This document shows positions 18,246 to 27,168 of a stretch of 64,000 bases of DNA, one piece after another. Each line of letters opens with the position of its first letter. Position 1 is the stretch's first letter. The notes beneath the pieces are model-generated. The model had not been told where the DNA came from and ran no database searches. It saw only the letters and a program-made list of their open reading frames with translations. The position numbers and the translations under genes are program-made. The DNA is taken from the NCBI GenBank assembly GCA_964577515.1, contig CAZNZN010000001.1, positions 876-64,875 on the forward strand, in the 5' to 3' direction. The stretch comes from an uncultured Candidatus Saccharibacteria bacterium (lineage in GTDB: Bacteria; Patescibacteriota; Minisyncoccia; Phycocordibacterales; UBA9973).

Positions 18246-20387
18246 TTATGCTCGAGATTTGATGATGGTATCAGCCACATTTTGCGGCACGATATCATAT
18301 CGCAAGAATTCCATAGTAAATCCTGCGCGTCCTTCAGTCATAGATCGAAGGGTTGTCATGTATCCAAACATTTCAGAAAGTGGGACAACGGCGTTAACTA
18401 CTTGGTTCATACCGCGAGTCTCCATACCTTCGATAAGTCCACGACGTGACGAAAGTGATCCAGTAACATCTCCCATGAACTTATCAGGGGTGACCACTTC
18501 TACTTTCATCATCGGCTCAAGGATCACTGGGCGAGCAGCTTTTGCCGCATCTTGAAGTGCCATAGATGCTGCAATCTTAAAGGCCATTTCGTTTGAGTCC
18601 ACTTCGTGGAAGCTTCCGTCATAGAGGTCAACAGATACGTTTTCCATCTTAAATCCTGCAACCACTCCACGATCAAGTCCTTCTCGAAGCCCTTTTTCAA
18701 CAGCAGGGATGTATTCCCCTGGGATCGCCCCTCCTTTGATACTGTTCACAAACTCGAAGAATCCATCACGTTTAACGTTCTTTGGAAGATCTTTTGGATC
18801 AACACTGAGATCCATAGGTTTGATCTTGATCTTAACGTGACCATAGTTACCCTTACCTCCAGACTGCTTGATGTACTTTCCTTCTGCTTCTGCAGTACCA
18901 GTAATAGTCTCACGGTATGCCACTTGTGGCTTACCAACATTTGCTTCAACACCAAACTCACGCTTCATACGATCAACGATAATTTCAAGGTGAAGCTCTC
19001 CCATTCCTGCGATGATTGTTTCCTCTGTTTCAGGATCGGTTGATACTTTAAAGGTTGGATCTTCTTGTGCAAGACGATTGAGCGCAAGCCCCATTTTTTC
19101 TTGGTCTGCTTTTGTCTTTGGTTCAATACGAAGGTTGATCACTGGTTCTGGGAATTTGATACGATCAAGCATGATTGGTGTCTTCTCATCGCAGAGCGTA
19201 TCTGAAGTGTTAGTATCTTTGAGTCCTACCGCAGCAGCGATTTCTCCAGCAAAGACCTTCTTTACTTCCTCACGTTGGTCCGCTTGCATACGCACAATAC
19301 GACTCATACGCTCTTTGTTGCGTGTACGAGGGTTGTAAATATATGACCCTGCTTCAACAGTACCTGAATACACACGGAAGAAAACAAGCTGTCCAACGAA
19401 TGGGTCAGACATACTCTTAAATGCGAGCGCAGCAAATGGTGCCTTGTCATCTGCAGGACACGCTATGACTTCTTCTGTTTCTGGGTTGATAGCAGCTGCT
19501 GGTTTGATATCTGTTGGCGCTGGAAGATAGTCCACCACTGCGTCGAGCACGAGCTGTACTCCTTTGTTCTTAAGTGCACTTCCTGCATAAACTGGGAAGA
19601 TTTCGTTGGCAATCACCGCCTTTCGAAGTGTCTTTTTGAGATCTTCAAGAGATGGTTCGTTCCCTTCAAGGTATGCACTCATAAGCGCTTCGTCATTTTC
19701 AACGATACGCTCAATGAGCTCTGCACGATACTTAGTAGCATCTGCCATCATGTTCTCAGGGATTTCTTTTTCTACTACCTTGTTTCCCATATCACCTTCG
19801 AAGTAGTATGCCTTCATTTTAAGAAGATCTACCACCCCTTCGTGGTGATCCTCAAGTCCAATAGGAAGCTGTGCGCGCACCGCTTTCTTTGAGAGACGTT
19901 CGAGAATAGTTTTATATGAGTGCTCAAATGATGCACCAGTACGATCGAGTTTGTTCACAAAACAGATACGAGGAACATTTGCTTCATCAGCATAGCGCCA
20001 GTTGGTTTCAGACTGTGGTTCTACCCCTGCAACACCATCAAACACTACAACAGCACCGTCGAGCACACGAAGTGATCGTTTCACCTCAACGGTAAAGTCG
20101 ATGTGTCCTGGAGTGTCGATAATATTAAACCGAAAACGCTTACTTTTGTCTGCATTTGCATACGTCGGGATCCATGAACATGTCACCGCAGCTGAGGTAA
20201 TAGTAATACCACGCTCTCGTTCTTGTTCCATCCAGTCAGTGGTAGTCTCACCATCGTGCACTTCACCGATTTTGTGTGACATTCCTGTATAGAAAAGCAC
20301 ACGCTCTGAAGTTGTTGTTTTACCCGCATCAATGTGGGCGATAATTCCGAAGTTTCGTGTCTTATCAAGGGGAAATTCTCGTTCCAT
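18246..20387 (-). CDS. fusA: Elongation factor G
   Basis: [25 protein letters not shown]. Confidence 0.99.
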   Translation of the reverse strand: MEREFPLDKTRNFGIIAHIDAGKTTTSERVLFYTGMSHKIGEVHDGETTTDWMEQERERGITITSAAVTCSWIPTYANADKSKRFRFNIIDTPGHIDFTVEVKRSLRVLDGAVVVFDGVAGVEPQSETNWRYADEANVPRICFVNKLDRTGASFEHSYKTILERLSKKAVRAQLPIGLEDHHEGVVDLLKMKAYYFEGDMGNKVVEKEIPENMMADATKYRAELIERIVENDEALMSAYLEGNEPSLEDLKKTLRKAVIANEIFPVYAGSALKNKGVQLVLDAVVDYLPAPTDIKPAAAINPETEEVIACPADDKAPFAALAFKSMSDPFVGQLVFFRVYSGTVEAGSYIYNPRTRNKERMSRIVRMQADQREEVKKVFAGEIAAAVGLKDTNTSDTLCDEKTPIMLDRIKFPEPVINLRIEPKTKADQEKMGLALNRLAQEDPTFKVSTDPETEETIIAGMGELHLEIIVDRMKREFGVEANVGKPQVAYRETITGTAEAEGKYIKQSGGKGNYGHVKIKIKPMDLSVDPKDLPKNVKRDGFFEFVNSIKGGAIPGEYIPAVEKGLREGLDRGVVAGFKMENVSVDLYDGSFHEVDSNEMAFKIAASMALQDAAKAARPVILEPMMKVEVVTPDKFMGDVTGSLSSRRGLIEGMETRGMNQVVNAVVPLSEMFGYMTTLRSMTEGRAGFTMEFLRYDIVPQNVADTIIKSRA

Positions 20388-20605
20388 AAATAAAATATGT
20401 ATTGTTTTGTGAATTCGATTAATAATGCCGCGTCAAACGCGGTCAGGTGAGGATACTATACGAAGAAAACAGCCTTTTTGCAAGAGCAGGAAAGCCCCCT
20501 CACTGCCAGAGGGGGCTTTTTTGAGAAAAAGAGGGGTACAGATAGAGACCTAATCGAGAGTATAACAAAAAATCCCCGTTTGGGGATTTTTTGTTGGAGA
20601 GTTTT

Positions 20606-21076
20606 TTACCAAGCAAAGTGAGCAAATGCTTTGTTTGATTCTGCCATCTTGTGAGTATCTTTCTTTTTCTTGACAGCGTTTCCTTCTCCTTTCGCTGCTT
20701 GCATAAATTCTTCAGCAAGTGCATCAGCCATTTTCATACCTTTTCGGCCTCGAGCACTTTCGATGATCCATCGCATAGCAAGTGCAAGACGTCGCTCTGC
20801 ACGTACCTCTCGAGGGACCTGGTAGTTTGCACCACCAATACGTCGTGAACGAACCTCAACGAGTGGTCCAGCGTTTTTAAGTGCGTTATCAAAAACTTCA
20901 AGAGGATTTTCGGTACCTTCCTTTTCTTTTACAATATCAAGTGCTCCATATACTACAGCACGTGCAGTGTTTTTCTTTCCATCCCACATGATACAGTTGA
21001 TGAATTTTTCAAGCTGTTCTGAGCCGAACTTGATGTCAGGAGAAACAATATTTCGATTAGTTACTTTTCTTCGCAT
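20606..21076 (-). CDS. rpsG: 30S ribosomal protein S7
   Basis: DGKK, RRIGGANYQVP, MAESNKAFAHF. Confidence 0.98.
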   Translation of the reverse strand: MRRKVTNRNIVSPDIKFGSEQLEKFINCIMWDGKKNTARAVVYGALDIVKEKEGTENPLEVFDNALKNAGPLVEVRSRRIGGANYQVPREVRAERRLALAMRWIIESARGRKGMKMADALAEEFMQAAKGEGNAVKKKKDTHKMAESNKAFAHFAW

Positions 21077-21094
21077 AGTATTATATAGATTCTA

Positions 21095-21514
21095 TTACGC
21101 TTTTGCTTTTGGACGCTTTGTTCCATAAAGTGAGCGACTCTTTCGACGCTTATCGAGCCCTTGTGTATCAAGACGACCGCGAACGATGTGGTATCGAACT
21201 CCAATCAAGTCTTTCACACGACCACCTCGGATCACTACCACTGAGTGTTCCTGAAGGTTGTGTCCTTCACCAGGAATGTAAGCAGTTACTTCTTGCCCAT
21301 TGGTAAGACGTACACGAGCGATTTTTCGAACCGCTGAGTTTGGTTTCTTTGGGGTGGTAGTAGTCACTTTCACACATACTCCTCGTTTAAATGGAGATGG
21401 GTAAAATACTGGTTTGTTATGAATATGGTTCATTCCACGAGAAAGTGCCACCGCTTTTGATTTTCGGGCAACCTTTGTTCGTGGTTTCTTTATAAGCTGA
21501 TTTATCGTAGCCAT
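21095..21514 (-). CDS. rpsL: 30S ribosomal protein S12
   Basis: [32 protein letters not shown]; start ATG 21514. Confidence 0.98.
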   Translation of the reverse strand: MATINQLIKKPRTKVARKSKAVALSRGMNHIHNKPVFYPSPFKRGVCVKVTTTTPKKPNSAVRKIARVRLTNGQEVTAYIPGEGHNLQEHSVVVIRGGRVKDLIGVRYHIVRGRLDTQGLDKRRKSRSLYGTKRPKAKA

Positions 21515-21568
21515 TTGTCCCGCTATCCTACTATACAAACACCAACCGCGCAAGTACCCTCCCCTTTT

Positions 21569-22192
21569 TTAGAGAGAAATACCGGTAAAAAGGGTAAAAA
21601 GTGAAAAGGCAAGAGGTGCGACAAACTTCCACCCGAAAAACACAAAGACAACAAGGAGTGGGAGACTGTACTGCTCAAGGCGTTGCATACTCTTTGCAAA
21701 ACGCCATGGGACCACTGCACTCAAGAAACGAAACCCATCAAGTGGCGCAAGCGGAATAGCATTAAATAGCGCGAGGACAATATTGATAAGTACAACAATA
21801 CTTGCGATTTCAAACAGTGCTTGTGTTCCAAAACCCACTGCAGCAGCACCACGAATAACAAGCCCAACAAAAAGCGCGATACTGAGATTCACTACTATTC
21901 CTGCTATAGAAACTATAGCAACACTTTTACGGCCTCGTTTTAGGTTGTCAGGATTATATGGCACAGGCTTTGCCCATCCTACAACAAACCCAGCACCTGA
22001 GAGGATCAAGACGAGTGGTAAAATAACAGAACCAAACCATTCTATGTGTTTAAGCGGGTTCAGTGTGATACGCCCAAGCATCCGTGCGGTAGGATCGCCT
22101 TCTCGCTCTGCAGCTATCCCGTGGGCAACTTCATGCACAATAATAGAAATAATGAGTACCAAGAAATAAAAGATTGAAATTGGACCTGACAT
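21569..22192 (-). CDS. Site-2 protease (peptidase M50)
   Basis: HEVAH, GWAKPVP, FNAIPLAPLDG; start ATG 22192. Confidence 0.92.
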   Translation of the reverse strand: MSGPISIFYFLVLIISIIVHEVAHGIAAEREGDPTARMLGRITLNPLKHIEWFGSVILPLVLILSGAGFVVGWAKPVPYNPDNLKRGRKSVAIVSIAGIVVNLSIALFVGLVIRGAAAVGFGTQALFEIASIVVLINIVLALFNAIPLAPLDGFRFLSAVVPWRFAKSMQRLEQYSLPLLVVFVFFGWKFVAPLAFSLFTLFTGISL

Positions 22193-22289
22193 ACCACCAC
22201 AGTATACTAGACCTCTAGAAAATCTCCTCCCAAAACCGAACAAGCGCTCGTTTGCACTATTAAAAAGAGTATGTTACTATGCGACCACT

Positions 22290-22535
22290 ATGGCAAAGAC
22301 ATGCGTCGTAACAGAAAAATCATCTATTGTGGCAGGTGGCTACTCAAACCGCACTCGTGCAACCAAGTTTCAACCACTTCCTGCAAAGCGAACTTATGCA
22401 AACCTTCAAAAGAAGCGTGTATTCGTTCCTGAACTTAACAAAACAGTAGTACTCACTGTTTCAGCAAAAGGTCTCCGTACCATCAAGAAAAACGGTGCCT
22501 ACGCTACGCTTAAAAAAGCAGGAGCAATCAAATAA
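22290..22535 (+). CDS. rpmB: 50S ribosomal protein L28
   Basis: MAKTCVVT..KRTYANLQ..VSAKGLRTI. Confidence 0.88.
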   Translation: MAKTCVVTEKSSIVAGGYSNRTRATKFQPLPAKRTYANLQKKRVFVPELNKTVVLTVSAKGLRTIKKNGAYATLKKAGAIK

Positions 22536-22600
22536 CACCAAACGCCACCGACAGGTGGTGTTTTTGTTGATAACGGTATACAGTACAAGAAAAAAACAAC

Positions 22601-22759
22601 ATGGCAGCAAAATGTCCTTGGTGCAAAGAAGGAGTAGCTGAAGCACAAATAGCAGCACACAAGAAAACTTGCTCCTTCCGAAAACCTGTTCCCACAATCA
22701 CGGGGATTGATCGATCTCCTGTAAAAATGAATGCTAAAAAACCAAAAAAGGAGCACTGA
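22601..22759 (+). CDS. 52-aa C2HC zinc-finger microprotein (absent from ORF track)
   Basis: MAAKCPWCKEGVAEAQIAAHKKTCSFRKP...; C-x2-C-x11-H-x3-C. Confidence 0.7.
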   Translation: MAAKCPWCKEGVAEAQIAAHKKTCSFRKPVPTITGIDRSPVKMNAKKPKKEH

Positions 22760-22799
22760 GCTCTTTTTTATTTTGTCTTATTTCGTTTATACTAAACCG

Positions 22800-23012
22800 A
22801 TGCATCGAGAAAAAAGAGTTCGCTCAATACTAAAAGCTATCACCTACCGTATCATCAGTATCATCCTCGACAGTACTATTGCTTACGCTATCACCCAAGA
22901 CACGCGACAAACAGTGCTCCTCGTCATTGTTTCAAACCTCATCAGTATCCTCGTCTATTTCATCCACGAACGCGCCTGGAACCGTATTCACTGGGGGAAA
23001 CACACACTCTAA
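22800..23012 (+). CDS. DUF2061-like small membrane protein
   Basis: RSILKAITYRII...YFIHERAWNRIHWG; start ATG 22800. Confidence 0.85.
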   Translation: MHREKRVRSILKAITYRIISIILDSTIAYAITQDTRQTVLLVIVSNLISILVYFIHERAWNRIHWGKHTL

Positions 23013-23017
23013 TATCT

Positions 23018-23875
23018 TTATTTCCTCCACCATTTTGTGCCGTCTGTTTCAAAAGTCACAGTACCTTCTGTTTGAGTAGAAACGTACGGTATAGAAAACT
23101 GCTTAAGTAACGTGAGCACCTCTTTATGAGGGTGTCCGTAGGAGTTGTCACGCCCTGCAGAGATAAGGGCAAGGTCCGGGGTTGCAACCTTGAGCAATGC
23201 TGCTGTTGTCGAAGTTCGTGAGCCATGGTGCCCAAGTTTCAAAATATCTATATCAAGATTTTTTGATTGTTTTTTTACTAAGTACTGTTCTATCGGTGCA
23301 GGAGAATCCCCTGTAAAAAGAATACTCCGCTCTCCAGAGGTAAACTTTCCTACAACAGAACCAGTATTTGTCTCCCAGTCATGCACATCACGATCAGGGA
23401 ACAACACTGTAAAAGTATCGGTATCAGAGAGTGCCACCTCCATTCCAGCCCGAGCAACATAGAGCGGTATACGCTTTTTTTGTACAAGTGTGAGTAATTG
23501 CTCGTATTCTTTTGTATCACCCCCAACACCCGAAACGAGCATCATCCCTATCTTGTATCGAGCAATAATCGAAGTGAGTCCACCAATATGATCCATGTCG
23601 GGATGCGTCGCGACGACAACATCAATGCTCCTATCTCCCCAAGGCATCGTTTGTGCAAGTGCCGCTAATGCTTTCGTATCTTTTCCTCCATCAATAAGCA
23701 TCTGTTTTCCGTTCTTTGCCTGTATAAAAAAACTATCCCCCTGCCCCACATCAAACATAGTTACTGTGGTGTATCGCAGAGTCTCCGCATGACGAGAAAC
23801 TACCACTAACACTGTTCCAAGCCCAAAAACAACGATGAGGAGAAGTGCTAAACGCACAGTTTTTGTATTTACCAC
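23018..23875 (-). CDS. ComEC/Rec2-type metallo-beta-lactamase-fold nuclease domain protein
   Basis: FDVGQGD, THPDMDHIGG, FTGD, LGHHGS, NSYGHPH. Confidence 0.9.
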   Translation of the reverse strand: MVNTKTVRLALLLIVVFGLGTVLVVVSRHAETLRYTTVTMFDVGQGDSFFIQAKNGKQMLIDGGKDTKALAALAQTMPWGDRSIDVVVATHPDMDHIGGLTSIIARYKIGMMLVSGVGGDTKEYEQLLTLVQKKRIPLYVARAGMEVALSDTDTFTVLFPDRDVHDWETNTGSVVGKFTSGERSILFTGDSPAPIEQYLVKKQSKNLDIDILKLGHHGSRTSTTAALLKVATPDLALISAGRDNSYGHPHKEVLTLLKQFSIPYVSTQTEGTVTFETDGTKWWRK

Positions 23876-24033
23876 ATACCAAGTATACTATCTCTATTAT
23901 AAGGATTTACACTCTTATGAGAGTACCTTATGTTCCGAGGAAACCTTGGGAGGCGTGACTGACCCCGGACAGAGAAAATATTTAGCAAAATATTTTCGTG
24001 TTTTCACAGGAATATAAGTACGAGAATAGTATT

Positions 24034-24621
24034 ATGTTTACCGAACAATCATTCAACATCCCCTCATTACAAGGTATCAGTGCAAAAAACATCGAAGAAC
24101 ACCTCAAGCTCTACGCTGGGTATGTAAAAAATGCAAACACTATCGTTGAAAAAATGGCAACTATCGACAGCGAGAAAGATGCTTACGTACTTGGAGAACT
24201 CTTCCGTCGGTTTAGTTTCGAATACAACGGCATGCGAAACCATGAAATATATTTCTCTTCGTTTGAAGGGGGAGCAGCGCCACTTAACCCAGAGAGTGCC
24301 CTCGGCAAAACACTTCTTGGACTTTTTGGAAACTATGAAACATTTGTGAGAGAGTTCACCTCACTCGCCCTCACCCGCGGTATCGGGTGGGCAATGCTTT
24401 GGTACGACACAAAGACAGAAAAAATACTTGCATCGTGGGTAGATGAACAACACCTCGGACAACTTCAAGGATGCGCACCAATAGTCGCGCTCGATATGTG
24501 GGAGCATTCTTACGTTGCTGACTACCACCCTTCTGGCAAGAAACAGTACGTACAAGATTTTTTTGCAAACATCAACTGGACTAGCGCTGAAAAACGGTTC
24601 GAAGATGCAATAAAAAAGTAA
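24034..24621 (+). CDS. sod: Fe/Mn superoxide dismutase family
   Basis: HLKLYAGYV, NHEIYF, GIGW, LDMWEHSY; start ATG 24034. Confidence 0.9.
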   Translation: MFTEQSFNIPSLQGISAKNIEEHLKLYAGYVKNANTIVEKMATIDSEKDAYVLGELFRRFSFEYNGMRNHEIYFSSFEGGAAPLNPESALGKTLLGLFGNYETFVREFTSLALTRGIGWAMLWYDTKTEKILASWVDEQHLGQLQGCAPIVALDMWEHSYVADYHPSGKKQYVQDFFANINWTSAEKRFEDAIKK

Positions 24622-26026
24622 GGATATCTTTTCGAAAACAAACAACCACAACAAATATATAGAACACCGAGACGCCCCAGCCAGAAATGACTGGGGTGTT
24701 CCACGATGGTGCCTTCGAAAAAAGAGTGAGCAGCTCTACTACTCCATTACCAAACAGTGAAACAATATCTCCGATAAGATTTGCGAGTGGTGAGAACCAA
24801 AACAACACTACTGTGAGCAATCCTCCGAACATAAGTATAGGAATGATTGGAACCATAACAATATTTGCAAGAGGAGTAATCAGAGGAAACATTCCTGAAA
24901 AATACATAGTATACGGCAGTGTAAACAATGGGAGCCCTACTGCAAGGAGTAGCGTTTCTTGGAGCTGTAGTTTTTGTGGTATCCAGTGAAACACCCCTTT
25001 CAAAAGGGGGAGGAACATAATGATAAACAGTGTCGCAAGAAATGATAAATGAAATCCAGGATCTACAAATACCGTCAACGGGTGGAAAAAGAAAAAGAAT
25101 AAAAATGCCACAAGCAATGCGCGAAGTGTATGGTACGTGTTGAGTGTTGCTCCGGCAAAAAGGGCAATACTCCCCATTATCCCCGCGCGGACAGCAGCAA
25201 CACCACTACCACTGACAACGACTAGTACTATCACCCCAAAAAATATCAGTATTGTTTTAGCACGAAACGGAAAGCGTCGAAACAAAAAACCAAGAAATCC
25301 TGCGAGTACTGTGATGTTGTACCCAGAAAGAACAAGTGTATGTAGTGTTCCTGTCTGACGGAAAAGATCTGAGATAAAGGATGGAATACCACCTTGAAAA
25401 CCGACAAGCATGCCCCCAACAATCCCATCTATAGGAAACCCTATGCGTTGCGCAAGCATTGCTGCAATCCACAATCGAACCTGTGTCGCGATGCGAACTA
25501 CTTCCCAGCGATACTCACGATTCTTTTCAGTAAGAGGTACTACTTGCGCACGATACATGACTGCATCTACTCCACGACTTTCGAGATAGCCGTCATAGTC
25601 AAACACTCGCCCTGTCTCTGTACTAAAATCTTCTGGTAAAGCAACAACACCCCGGAAAGAAATAGTATCCCCCGGGAGTACTCGTTGTTGTTCGAAAGTG
25701 CTGACCTGTATGCGCACTGTTGTGCCTGACGGAATAACAATAAGACTGGTCTTTTCGAGACGCGTATCAACACGAGCCACGACCCCGGTGAGCGCTTGAT
25801 TGCCAAGTGGTACTTCTAGAGTATCGACCACAGAAAACCGCAATGCGCCGACAAGGACACTTCCTGTAAGCGCGAGTGCCAACACCACCGATTTCTTTGA
25901 GCGGAACAACAAAACAAAAAGTGCACCCCAGAGTGCACCAAGTACTACCACTTCACCAAAAGAAAACCCGAGTACATGATACCCTACTGCACCAATGACA
26001 ACGCTGATGCAAAAAAGAATAAGCAC
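24581..26026 (-). CDS. comEC: ComEC/Rec2 competence membrane channel domain protein
   Basis: GTLHTLVLSGYNI, VRAGIMG, DPGFHLSFLAT, PLANI; multiple TM helices. Confidence 0.9.
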   Translation of the reverse strand: MLILFCISVVIGAVGYHVLGFSFGEVVVLGALWGALFVLLFRSKKSVVLALALTGSVLVGALRFSVVDTLEVPLGNQALTGVVARVDTRLEKTSLIVIPSGTTVRIQVSTFEQQRVLPGDTISFRGVVALPEDFSTETGRVFDYDGYLESRGVDAVMYRAQVVPLTEKNREYRWEVVRIATQVRLWIAAMLAQRIGFPIDGIVGGMLVGFQGGIPSFISDLFRQTGTLHTLVLSGYNITVLAGFLGFLFRRFPFRAKTILIFFGVIVLVVVSGSGVAAVRAGIMGSIALFAGATLNTYHTLRALLVAFLFFFFFHPLTVFVDPGFHLSFLATLFIIMFLPLLKGVFHWIPQKLQLQETLLLAVGLPLFTLPYTMYFSGMFPLITPLANIVMVPIIPILMFGGLLTVVLFWFSPLANLIGDIVSLFGNGVVELLTLFSKAPSWNTPVISGWGVSVFYIFVVVVCFRKDILTFLLHLRTVFQR

Positions 26027-26044
26027 ACTAAAAGTGTAACAAAC

Positions 26045-26770
26045 TTACAGCAAACTACTGAGTGTATAGTCTTGCACGAGATCGGTCTCTTCTGCTTTTG
26101 AAAACACTTTTTTATATTTTGCGCCTTTTGCACCCTTCACACGCTTTTCACACGCAGCCCATGTCTTGTCGACATGCACTTTACCTCCAACAAAAGAAAC
26201 ATACGAATACGCTTCTTTACCTTTGTTTGCTGACGGTGCTTTTTTCGGAGCTGACTTTGGCGGTGTTTCAGCAAGTTGTGCAATATATTTGGTATATGTC
26301 CCTTTGAACAAAGGGATCTTTTTCCCTAGCGCATAGGCGACTGCAAGCTCATCACAACGATCATTGAACTCATGCCCGCTATGCCCTGCCACTTTTACTA
26401 AGTGCAAGTGACGCCCGAGTGTGTCACGAAATGTAAGCAATTTTTGCCAATACTGTTTGTTCTCAACAGGCTTCTTTGTTGTCGCTGCTATCCAGTTATT
26501 ACGCACCCACCCATCAAGCCAAGAGTGTATCCCGTTTAATACGTATGTTGAGTCTGCGTGTAGTACTACTGTGTACCCCTTATATTTTTTTATTGCGAGT
26601 GCAAGTGCTTGTACAACAGCCTCAAGTTCCATCTGATTGTTTGTTGCAGGATCTCGTGCACCGGCTATTTCAACCACCTCTTTATCAGTCATGAGCACAG
26701 CCGCCCATCCACCTTTTCCAGGATTCCCTCGTGACGCCCCGTCGGTATATACAATCAATTCTTTTGTCAT
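26045..26770 (-). CDS. rnhA: Ribonuclease HI with C-terminal hybrid-binding (viroplasmin-like) domain
   Basis: YTDGASRGNPG, TNNQMEL, DSTYV, GHSGHEFNDRCDELA; C-terminal TWAACEKRVKG..AKYKK. Confidence 0.92.
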   Translation of the reverse strand: MTKELIVYTDGASRGNPGKGGWAAVLMTDKEVVEIAGARDPATNNQMELEAVVQALALAIKKYKGYTVVLHADSTYVLNGIHSWLDGWVRNNWIAATTKKPVENKQYWQKLLTFRDTLGRHLHLVKVAGHSGHEFNDRCDELAVAYALGKKIPLFKGTYTKYIAQLAETPPKSAPKKAPSANKGKEAYSYVSFVGGKVHVDKTWAACEKRVKGAKGAKYKKVFSKAEETDLVQDYTLSSLL

Positions 26771-26808
26771 GTAGAAAGTATACCAAAACAAAAAAAACAC
26801 TGTTGTAA

Positions 26809-27129
26809 TCAACAGTATCCTTTATCTAAAACAATCAATAAATCCTGAATAACAAGCCTAAACTGCTCCCATTGTTCATTTTTTGACTGGTCGTTATACC
26901 GTGGATGTTCTTTGAACCAACACTCAATAACATCTATTGGTTCAAGAGATAGTGCTCCTGCATAAGCGGAAAGCCTTGCTAGTGTCATATGAGCATGACC
27001 TCTTTCTATTTTGGAAAGAAATGAGCTAGAAATTCCCATTAGCTTCGCAAAATCTTTTCCTCGGCGTAACCCTTTTTTGATTCTAAGAGAAACAAGAACA
27101 TCACCTATACTACAAAGGTTTTTTTCCAT
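26809..27129 (-). CDS. XRE-family helix-turn-helix protein
   Basis: LRIKKGL..FAKLMGISSSFLSKIERG; own promoter TTGACA-16-TATTCT. Confidence 0.8.
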   Translation of the reverse strand: MEKNLCSIGDVLVSLRIKKGLRRGKDFAKLMGISSSFLSKIERGHAHMTLARLSAYAGALSLEPIDVIECWFKEHPRYNDQSKNEQWEQFRLVIQDLLIVLDKGYC

Positions 27130-27168
27130 AGTTATTTTTTAAAAAGAATACTAATGATTTCTATTTTG

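Noticed and set aside
5290-19806. Many 60-180 aa plus-strand ORFs antisense to ribosomal, tuf and fusA genes
   Set aside because: Shadow ORFs of conserved genes with no motifs or initiation signals
22625-22680. AAGGAGTAGC resembling the start of a yybP-ykoY riboswitch
   Set aside because: The rest of the consensus is not evident; better explained as the zinc-finger coding sequence
23945-23970. CGTGACTG resembling the ZTP riboswitch core
   Set aside because: Element order is wrong, and the GCG continuation and 3' pseudoknot hairpin are missing
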